Shown here: positions 55,825-63,143 of the stretch, in pieces
How positions within the stretch are numbered: position 1 is the stretch's first letter
Layout: every line of letters starts with the position of its first letter
NCBI GenBank assembly: GCA_016865865.1
Contig: VGOC01000003.1
Coordinates: 24,938-88,937 of the forward strand
DNA length: 64,000 bases
DNA from: Chloroflexota bacterium
Lineage (GTDB): Bacteria > Chloroflexota > Anaerolineae > Anaerolineales > UBA11858
Direction of reading: 5' to 3'
The notes under the pieces: model-generated
Told to the model about the DNA's origin: nothing
What the model saw: only the letters and a program-made list of their open reading frames with translations
Databases searched by the model: none
Program-made: the position numbers and the translations under genes

Positions 55825-57776
55825 GCCGGGATCAGCAATATTCTCACGAGATCGAGCAATTGCTGGGATTTTCATGGGGCATAATTACCATTGGGGTTAT
55901 GATTTTGCTGGGGACGATGTGGTATTATGCCAGGTTTACACCGGTCAATGTTGGGGGGGTGTTTTATGTGGTTACCGCGACGTTTGTTTCGATTTTTATT
56001 GGCGCTATCGTCGTTTTGTTCGATCAGGAACATTGGTTAACGAGAACAGCAGCGTTTTTATATCGTTCCCCTAGGACGAACGCTGTTCTTATTCTTGTAC
56101 TGGTTGTTTTGATTGGGGGATTATATGTTTCGAGAGAATTTTTTCTTGCACAAAGGTACCCGTTTTTCGAGTTGGAATCGTTTGATTTTGGATTAAGCTG
56201 GGTGCTATCTGGTTTTTTTCTTGGGGTAGGTGGAAACTCCCTTTTTCGAGTCACAACGAAACTGAAACAGAGTATTGTCGGTCGGCATATTCACTACCTG
56301 GCCTACCTGGATAATCATGTTGTCGCCATCGGGGCGCTCATTGGACTGGTGTTGTTTTTTTATCGAAACAGCTATGAAGGGGCTTTGCTTAAGCTGGATG
56401 ATTTGTACTTTATTTCTTATGTGCGTTCATCCAGCCCCTGGGCGGGCTTCATAAACCCGCCAGATGCTTACGCATCCTTTTACCGCCCCCTTCACTTTCT
56501 GACAATCTGGTTACATTATCATCTGGTAGGCCTGGACTATGCAAAATACCAGCTTGTTTTGATTGTTGGGCATCTGGTTGTTCTAACGCTGCTTTATTTC
56601 TTTCTATATTCGATTAACCACAATCGAATCATCTCTTTCGTGCTAACCCTGGTTTTCAGCGTGCATATTTATGTCAGCTTGTTAGTGATCTTCGTTACGA
56701 CAGTAGTTTGGTGGTTCGGGGTGATTGCCGGAGCAGTGAATTTCTATATCAGTAAACCAAAATTGAAATTGCTCCCGCATTTACTATTGGGTTTCTTGTT
56801 GATGATGTCTTTGTTGATGGCTGAGTCCGGCTTTACCCTGGTGTTCGCTGTTTGTTTCTTTGCCCTGTACGCATTTTTTATCAAGGAAATCAACCTTCGA
56901 AATGTTCTCTCTCTCGTGATGGTAAATGTAGGGGTTGTAGCAATTTACTTTTTTCTCCGCTGGAAGGCGGTGGGATTCTTGCCGGGGGATTTGAGCGCCT
57001 CGTCGGGCTATTTTGGGGATTTCTACGAAGACCCTCAACAACTCGGGATGAAATTTTATCTCTACACCCTCACAGCGAATTTCATGGCAACATTTATCCC
57101 GATATTTACTCAAGGGGGAGAGATCATCAAGAATTCTGTGCTCCTTATTCTCGCGGGAGCAATATTATTTAGCCTATATGTTATTTTGCTTCGAAAGTTT
57201 TCGGCCAATTTCGTTGTGCAAATTCTTTTATTTATCCTGTTTTATGTGCTCTTGATAAAATCGAGGATTCTCATTCGACGGTTTCTCGGCTATGGATATC
57301 AATACGATTTGAGTTTTGCACTTCATACGATTTTAGGTTTCAGTCTTGTGCTGTTGTTCTCTCGATGGAAAAAAGTCTCGAAGCAGCATAAGCTCATCAT
57401 GTTTTATGCAATTGGGCTGATAGTGGGGGCCAGTATCGTCTCTTTCGCATATTTCCGCTGGAGAACGCACTATCTAAGCCTTATGGGTTGGGTAATTATC
57501 ATTGCGGTTGGACTACAATACCTTCACACATTGAAATCCGGTCGAGCAGTTCTCGTGAGCTTGCTCATCCTGGCAAGTATTTTGATCTGGGAGCAGGCCG
57601 CTCTTCTCGACGCCCGATTTCCTGAAATTACAATTCGACAATATCAGCACTGTCTCTGTCATCCATCCGTGGATCAGGATGTGTTCGATGAAGTTGTTGA
57701 GTTCTATGGTATAGACGTTGAGTCATTGCTTTCTGAGTGCGAAGAGGGAGATTGGGGTATATATCATGATTGCTAA
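55821..57776 (+). CDS. GT-C fold polytopic glycosyltransferase-like membrane protein (PMT_2/DUF1736-like) with an extra N-terminal TM module
   Basis: 651 aa, more than 15 predicted TM segments. The loop LKLDDLYFISY...FYRPLHFLTIWLHYHLVGLDYAKYQLVLIVGHL resembles the DD...YRPL...G..P..(Y/F)H signature of the ArnT/PMT/TMTC-type first periplasmic loop. ATGA overlap with rfbB. Lower GC. Confidence 0.6.
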   Translation: MSRDQQYSHEIEQLLGFSWGIITIGVMILLGTMWYYARFTPVNVGGVFYVVTATFVSIFIGAIVVLFDQEHWLTRTAAFLYRSPRTNAVLILVLVVLIGGLYVSREFFLAQRYPFFELESFDFGLSWVLSGFFLGVGGNSLFRVTTKLKQSIVGRHIHYLAYLDNHVVAIGALIGLVLFFYRNSYEGALLKLDDLYFISYVRSSSPWAGFINPPDAYASFYRPLHFLTIWLHYHLVGLDYAKYQLVLIVGHLVVLTLLYFFLYSINHNRIISFVLTLVFSVHIYVSLLVIFVTTVVWWFGVIAGAVNFYISKPKLKLLPHLLLGFLLMMSLLMAESGFTLVFAVCFFALYAFFIKEINLRNVLSLVMVNVGVVAIYFFLRWKAVGFLPGDLSASSGYFGDFYEDPQQLGMKFYLYTLTANFMATFIPIFTQGGEIIKNSVLLILAGAILFSLYVILLRKFSANFVVQILLFILFYVLLIKSRILIRRFLGYGYQYDLSFALHTILGFSLVLLFSRWKKVSKQHKLIMFYAIGLIVGASIVSFAYFRWRTHYLSLMGWVIIIAVGLQYLHTLKSGRAVLVSLLILASILIWEQAALLDARFPEITIRQYQHCLCHPSVDQDVFDEVVEFYGIDVESLLSECEEGDWGIYHDC

Positions 57777-57783
57777 ATTGATT

Positions 57784-57897
57784 GTAACTGCTCAGTCATC
57801 GAACGGATTAGCCCGAAAAAAGGGTGTGCGTGGGGGTGCTGCGCACCCCCACGCACACCCTTTTTTCGGGAATTTCTCCGTTTGGCTGAGCAGTTAC
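57784..57897. repeat. Family B palindromic repeat, full copy, inverted orientation
   Basis: GTAACTGCTCAGTCATCGAACGGATTAGCCCGAAAAAAGGGTGTGCGTGGGGGTGCTGCGCACCCCCACGCACACCCTTTTTTCGGGAATTTCTCCGTTTGGCTGAGCAGTTAC. Confidence 0.9.
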
Positions 57898-57969
57898 AAT
57901 TGATTTTCCTGAAAATAAGAATTGCATTGTATCAATCGCTCGTTTGTTTTTCTGTTCGGGAGGTCTAAG

Positions 57970-58842
57970 GTGAAAGGGATAATTTTGGTTGGTGGAAGAG
58001 GAACTCGTTTACATCCGTTGACTTTGTCGGTAAACAAACATCTCCTTCCGGTATTCAACAAACCTATGGTGTACTATCCTCTCTCGATCTTGATGCTGGC
58101 TGGCATTCGCGAAATATTGATTATCAGCACGCCACAAGATTTACGACTGTTTAGACAGTTACTTGGCGATGGAAGCCATTGGGGCCTGAAGTTTTGTTAT
58201 ATGGAACAAGAGTCGCCGCGAGGGATTGCTGAAGCGCTGATCATAGCCCAAGATTTCGTCGAGGTCGATCCAGTCTGCCTGGTATTAGGGGATAATATCT
58301 TTTTCGGTACGACGCTACCGGCTCGTTTACGAAAGGCAGCAAAGCTACAAACTGGAGCGATCATATTTGGCTATCAAGTACAGGATCCAGAACGATATGC
58401 GGTTGTTACCTTCGAGAGTACGGTAGAAAATTCAGCAAGAGCTATAACCTTGGAAGAAAAACCCCAAAATCCCAAATCGAAATATGCGGTCCCAGGATTA
58501 TATTTTTATGATAACAATTCAATCAAGATGGCAAAGGAGTTGCAGCCCTCTGCCAGAGGAGAACTCGAGATTACGGATTTAAACAAGCGATATTTAGATC
58601 AAGGTTTGTTGCAAGTCGAAGTATTGGGTCGTGGAATAGCATGGTTGGATGCGGGCACCCATGAATCACTGTTGCAAGCAGCGCATTTCATTCAAACTGT
58701 AGAAGATCGCCAGGGTATGATGATCTCTTGCCCTGAAGAGATTGCCTATCGAATGGGGTACATCACCCGCAGCCAGATGTCCCATCTCGCTGAACAAATG
58801 GCAGATAATGCATATGCTGCCTATTTACGCAGCTTGGATTAA
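57970..58842 (+). CDS. rfbA: Glucose-1-phosphate thymidylyltransferase
   Basis: ORF trimmed to the GTG start (GGGAGG RBS) giving (M)KGIILVGGRGTRLHPLT. Other motifs: YYPLSILMLAGIREILIIS and LGRGIAWLDAGTHESL. Confidence 0.9.
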   Translation: MKGIILVGGRGTRLHPLTLSVNKHLLPVFNKPMVYYPLSILMLAGIREILIISTPQDLRLFRQLLGDGSHWGLKFCYMEQESPRGIAEALIIAQDFVEVDPVCLVLGDNIFFGTTLPARLRKAAKLQTGAIIFGYQVQDPERYAVVTFESTVENSARAITLEEKPQNPKSKYAVPGLYFYDNNSIKMAKELQPSARGELEITDLNKRYLDQGLLQVEVLGRGIAWLDAGTHESLLQAAHFIQTVEDRQGMMISCPEEIAYRMGYITRSQMSHLAEQMADNAYAAYLRSLD

Positions 58843-59534
58843 TGTGCCGAAAAGTAGCAATCGTTCAATCGAATTATATTCCCTGGAAGGGTTATTTTGA
58901 TCTGATCAATCTCGTTGATGAATTCGTTCTGTACGATGACGTGCAATACACGAAGCGGGATTGGCGAAATCGAAATCGTATCAAGACCCCTGATGGTCTT
59001 GCCTGGTTGACTATTCCTGTTGTAGTTAAAGGAAAATATCATCAGAAAATCAAAGATGTCCTCGTCAGCGATACTCGATGGAATATCAGGCATTGGAAAT
59101 CTATTTGCCAGAATTATGCCCAGGCGCGTTTTTTCGATGCCACTAAGATATTTCTAGAAGAGCTATATACGACTTGCGATAGAATCGATCTTAGTGGCAT
59201 CAATTACCATTTTCTGGCAGGCATTTGTAATTATCTTGGAATCACGACGAAGCTTTCCTGGTCCATGGACTACGATTTGGCCGAGGGGAAAACAGAACGC
59301 TTGATCGGGATTTGTAAACAGGCGAATGCCAGCGAATATATCTCCGGCCCATCAGCCAGGCAATATATAAATGAAGGCGAATTCCAAAAAGAGGGGATAG
59401 GACTAACTTACATTGATTATTCGGGTTATCCGGTATACGATCAGTTATACCCACCTTTCGAGCATGGCGTCAGTATTGTAGATCTTCTACTCAATACAGG
59501 CCCTGATGCGAAAGCGTTTATGAAGAGTTTTTAG
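58842..59534 (+). CDS. WbqC-like family protein (unknown role in glycan biosynthesis)
   Basis: VAIVQSNYIPWKGYFDLI...YDDVQYTKRDWRNRNRI is characteristic of the WbqC family. TAATG overlap with rfbA. Confidence 0.75.
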   Translation: MCRKVAIVQSNYIPWKGYFDLINLVDEFVLYDDVQYTKRDWRNRNRIKTPDGLAWLTIPVVVKGKYHQKIKDVLVSDTRWNIRHWKSICQNYAQARFFDATKIFLEELYTTCDRIDLSGINYHFLAGICNYLGITTKLSWSMDYDLAEGKTERLIGICKQANASEYISGPSARQYINEGEFQKEGIGLTYIDYSGYPVYDQLYPPFEHGVSIVDLLLNTGPDAKAFMKSF

Positions 59535-59562
59535 GTGAATTTAAGGATCATCGAGGTACGAC

Positions 59563-60699
59563 GTGTCCACCATTTCGTTCAACCGCCCAACCCTGGTTGG
59601 CAAAGAGTTCGAATACATCCAACAAGCCATAGACAATTTGCATCTATCGGGAAATGGGCCATTTACGAAAGAATGCCAGCGATTGTTGGAACAACGGATC
59701 GGCTGCGCTAAAGCATTATTGACTCATTCTTGTACAGCCGCATTAGAAATGGCGGCGATTTTGGCGGATATTCGACCGGGGGATGAAATCATCATGCCGT
59801 CGTTTACCTTTGTTTCCACGGCAAATGCTTTCGTGCTGCGGGGTGGAGCGCCGGTATTCGTCGAGGTCCGACCGGATACACTGAATATTGATGTTAAAGC
59901 CATCGAAAAAGCAATCACATCGAGGACGAAGGCCATTGTCCCGGTTCATTATGCTGGGGTTGCCTCCGATATGGACGAGCTTTTAGAATTAGCAGATCGG
60001 CATGGCTTGTTGGTCATCGAAGACGCTGCCCAGGGGATCAATGCTTCCTACAAGGAGAGACCATTAGGTAGCCTGGGGCATTTGGCGGCCTTGAGTTTTC
60101 ATGAAACAAAGAACGTGATCTCGGGCGAGGGGGGCGCATTGCTAATCAATGATGAGCGCTTCGTCGAACGCGCGGAGATTATATGGGAAAAAGGCACCAA
60201 TCGTGCGAATTTCTTCCGTGGTCAGGTGGATAAGTATACCTGGGTGGATATTGGCTCGTCATACTTGCCCAGTGAGATCCTGGCTGCTTTTCTCTTCGCT
60301 CAGCTCGAAGAAGTACAGCCTATTACCCGTGACCGTCTAAAAACCTGGAATCAGTATCACCGCGCATTCGAAGCATTGGAGGCAGCCGGAAAGCTTCGTC
60401 GCCCCATCATTCCGGCCTATTGTGAGCACAATGCCCATATTTATTATTTGTTGTTGCCGGATATCACTATCCGGACAGCTTTGATAAACACGTTGAAAAG
60501 TTTTGGAGTGAACGCCATATTCCATTATGTGCCTCTCCATTCGTCTCCGGCAGGAAGGAAATATGGGCGGGCGAGTGAAGATTTATCATTCACCCAGGAT
60601 ATCAGTGATCGGCTGGTGCGATTGCCGCTATGGATAGACATGTCTGATGAGGAGATAAACCGGGTTGTCGAGGCGGTCTATGCCGCGTTGGATTCTTGA
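59563..60699 (+). CDS. DegT/DnrJ/EryC1-family dTDP-4-keto-6-deoxyhexose 4-aminotransferase (WecE/RffA-like)
   Basis: FNRPTLVGKEFEYI, LLTHSCTAALEMAA, IMPSFTFVSTANAF, VPVHYAGV, SFHETKN (PLP lysine) and EKGTNRANFFRGQVDKYTW closely parallel E. coli WecE. Confidence 0.85.
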   Translation: MSTISFNRPTLVGKEFEYIQQAIDNLHLSGNGPFTKECQRLLEQRIGCAKALLTHSCTAALEMAAILADIRPGDEIIMPSFTFVSTANAFVLRGGAPVFVEVRPDTLNIDVKAIEKAITSRTKAIVPVHYAGVASDMDELLELADRHGLLVIEDAAQGINASYKERPLGSLGHLAALSFHETKNVISGEGGALLINDERFVERAEIIWEKGTNRANFFRGQVDKYTWVDIGSSYLPSEILAAFLFAQLEEVQPITRDRLKTWNQYHRAFEALEAAGKLRRPIIPAYCEHNAHIYYLLLPDITIRTALINTLKSFGVNAIFHYVPLHSSPAGRKYGRASEDLSFTQDISDRLVRLPLWIDMSDEEINRVVEAVYAALDS

Positions 60700-60820
60700 T
60701 GTTCGCTACTTGCGTCATTTCCCTTTTGGCTGCTCCTTTCCGATGTTCGATCAGCGGAATGAACTTCGCCTTTCGGAGTATTACCGTCATAGATTTGCCT
60801 CGTTCACGCAGATTTTCGAA

Positions 60821-60887
60821 CCGCAGAGTGCGCGGAGATCGCAGATTTTGCCTGATATTCTCTCACCGACCTCCGCACACTCTGCGG
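60821..60887. repeat. Family D palindromic repeat
   Basis: CCGCAGAGTGCGCGGAG...CTCCGCACACTCTGCGG, 17-bp arms with one mismatch. Confidence 0.75.
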
Positions 60888-60924
60888 TTATGGTTTCGAT
60901 TGCAGCTGAAGGCCGCGCTATGGT

Positions 60925-61581
60925 TTATTGGAGATGGTCTCTCAAATTATGCTCGACAGCATAAGCCGCCGCCTCTGCCCGATTGCTTACGTTCAGCTTC
61001 GAAAGGATGCTGCTGACATAATTCCGCACAGTGCCTTCACCTAGAAAGAGTTCCTTGGCGATCTCGCGGTTGGTCTTGCCCTCGGATACCAGAATGAGCA
61101 CATGTTTTTCTTGTTGCGTCAAGTCTGCGAAGGATGAGGCCTCTTCTTCTTTGGCTGCCCTCCGGACTTCCTGGAAGATGCGTTGGGTGACTGCGGGATC
61201 GAGCAGCGCTTCGCCACGGCCGACTGCCTCCAGAGCGCGCACCAGATCGTCGCCGCCGATCTGTTTGAGTACATACCCCGCAGCCCCAGCCCGAATAGCA
61301 GAGAACAGCATTTCGTCCTCGGCATAAGAAGTCAACATGATCACGTGTGTATCCGGGTGGCTCTCGGCGATTTTCTCGCAGGCATCGATCCCAGAACCGC
61401 CAGGCAGGCGGATGTCCATGACAACGACATCGGGAGAGTATTGCTCTACGTATTTCAGCGCCTCGCGCGCAGTCCCTGCCTCGGCAACCACTTCGAAGTG
61501 GGGGTGACGTTCTAAAAGCGCCTTCAATCCTAGTCGGACAACTTCGTGATCATCTACCAGTAATATGCGTTGTTTTTTCAT
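60925..61581 (-). CDS. NarL/FixJ-family response regulator (REC + LuxR HTH)
   Basis: [24 protein letters not shown], and the C-terminal [43 protein letters not shown]. Confidence 0.95.
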   Translation of the reverse strand: MKKQRILLVDDHEVVRLGLKALLERHPHFEVVAEAGTAREALKYVEQYSPDVVVMDIRLPGGSGIDACEKIAESHPDTHVIMLTSYAEDEMLFSAIRAGAAGYVLKQIGGDDLVRALEAVGRGEALLDPAVTQRIFQEVRRAAKEEEASSFADLTQQEKHVLILVSEGKTNREIAKELFLGEGTVRNYVSSILSKLNVSNRAEAAAYAVEHNLRDHLQ

Positions 61582-61646
61582 GTAGTTTTCTCCTGGTGGG
61601 CGGAGTATAGCCTAGAGGGATATGCCTGACAAGAGCCTGGATGGTT

Positions 61647-62375
61647 CTAGGGATTCTCCCGACGAAAATCCACAAACCGATATCCTACTCCTCGCTCGGT
61701 AAGGATATATTTGGGATTCGTAGGATCCTGCTCGATTTTTTGGCGCAGGTAATTGACATATAGGCGCACGTAATGAGGTTCGTCCCGGTATTCGTAACCC
61801 CACACCTTGATCAGGATTTGATCGTGGGTCAGCACCCACCCGGCGTTCTGCACCAGGTGGTAGAGCATACGATACTCAGTGGGACGAAGTTTGATCAATT
61901 CGCCTTCCACCCACACCTCTCTGCGTTTGAAGTCGAGCTTTAGACGATCGTCAACTTCGATCACGCTCGGACCTCCCCCCTCGGTGGATTCGATGCGGCG
62001 CAGTACGGCGCGCACTCTGCTCACCAGCTCGCGGGGGCTGAAGGGCTTGGTAATATAATCGTCGGCGCCCCACTCCAAACCTCGAACGCGGTCATCCTCT
62101 TCGCCTTTCGCCGTCAGCATGATCACAGGGACGGAACTGAATTCCCGTACTTTCCGCAATACTTGAAAGCCATCTATATCGGGGAGCATTACATCCAGAA
62201 GCACCAGGTTGGGAAGTGAACTGCGAACATGTTCGATAGCCTCTTTACCACTATAGGCGGGAACGACCTGAAATCCATCCTGCTCGAGGTTGAGCCGGAT
62301 GAACCGCACCATGCGCTTCTCGTCATCGACAACTAAGATGCGATGTCCTTGAATACGTTCGGTAGTCATCGTCAC
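61647..62375 (-). CDS. OmpR/PhoB-family response regulator (REC + winged helix)
   Basis: ILVVDDEKRM, LVLLDVMLPDIDG, DDYITKPFSPRELV, and the C-terminal LTHDQILIKVWGYEY...YVRLYVNYLRQKIE. Confidence 0.95.
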   Translation of the reverse strand: MTMTTERIQGHRILVVDDEKRMVRFIRLNLEQDGFQVVPAYSGKEAIEHVRSSLPNLVLLDVMLPDIDGFQVLRKVREFSSVPVIMLTAKGEEDDRVRGLEWGADDYITKPFSPRELVSRVRAVLRRIESTEGGGPSVIEVDDRLKLDFKRREVWVEGELIKLRPTEYRMLYHLVQNAGWVLTHDQILIKVWGYEYRDEPHYVRLYVNYLRQKIEQDPTNPKYILTERGVGYRFVDFRRENP

Positions 62376-62614
62376 TCTCTCACGAGCCCTATGATTCGTT
62401 CCTCGGCCTCGCTGGGGAGTATCTCGATAAACGTCAATTGATTTACAGGCCAGATGACTGTGTTGACGCCATGATCCAGGAAGTGTAATTCCCTGCCATC
62501 TCTATATCGCGGGTTGGTGACTTTGATCATCAGGTCGTCTGGCTGGGGGAGTTCTTCGATTTCGGCGATGATCGGGTCCTGGTTCATGACATGCAGGATA
62601 ATTTCTAACGCCAT
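62372..62614 (-). CDS. Conserved-looking 80-aa protein of unknown function, translationally coupled to the OmpR gene
   Basis: Its stop overlaps the OmpR ATG (ATGA), and it starts 13 nt after the FHA gene. No recognisable domain (MALEIILHVMNQDPIIAEIEELPQPDDLMIKVTNPRYRDGRELHFL...). Confidence 0.6.
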   Translation of the reverse strand: MALEIILHVMNQDPIIAEIEELPQPDDLMIKVTNPRYRDGRELHFLDHGVNTVIWPVNQLTFIEILPSEAEERIIGLVRE

Positions 62615-62627
62615 AATCCACCTCCAT

Positions 62628-63143
62628 TCATTCTCGGATGAGTATCTGAATCTTTAATTTGCCTAGTGATAGTACATCGCCATGTCGGATGATATGTTCT
62701 TCATGGGCGGAGATCCTCTCGTCATTCAGGCGAGTGCCATTCGCGGATCCTAGATCTTTGGCAATGACCTGGTTGCCTCTCACAGTCAGACTGGTATGTA
62801 AACGGGAGACGCCAGCCTCGTATGCGTCGAATGGGCTTAAATCTATATCCGGTACAACCATCTGTCCTTCTGTCGAGCGGCCGAGTGTGAATTCTTTTTC
62901 TCCACGGAGAAAGATGACTTCGCCTGAATCGATCAGTTGAATAGCGGCCCTGGCGTCTGCCGCATCCGTTGGAGGCGAGGGGAAAGTAGGGGTAGCCGGA
63001 GAGGATATTTCCAGCGCCTTCTTGATGTCTGCTGATGTGGTGGCTGCCGTTGTGTTAATAGATTCATACAACTGCGCCCCGCATTGACTACAAAAGAGGG
63101 CGCCGCTATATTCTCGATGTTCACATTGGGGACACAGAATCAT
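62628..63143 (-). CDS. Zinc-ribbon + FHA domain protein
   Basis: N-terminal CPQC...CSQCG ribbon, a Pro/Thr/Ala linker, then the FHA core FTLGRS...PDIDL...GVSRLHTSL...IAKDLGSANGTRLND...HGDVLSLG. Confidence 0.9.
   Translation of the reverse strand: MILCPQCEHREYSGALFCSQCGAQLYESINTTAATTSADIKKALEISSPATPTFPSPPTDAADARAAIQLIDSGEVIFLRGEKEFTLGRSTEGQMVVPDIDLSPFDAYEAGVSRLHTSLTVRGNQVIAKDLGSANGTRLNDERISAHEEHIIRHGDVLSLGKLKIQILIRE

Noticed and set aside
3614-60887. Whether the many repeats could be a CRISPR array.
   Set aside because: Copies are dispersed one per intergenic gap and are long imperfect palindromes. They are not arranged as short direct repeats separated by uniform unique spacers, and no cas genes are present.
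60665-61016. ORFs 60665..60964 and 60696..61016 between the aminotransferase and the NarL regulator.
   Set aside because: They overlap the Family D repeat and the 3' end of the NarL gene on the opposite strand. They have no RBS and their composition is repeat-driven.
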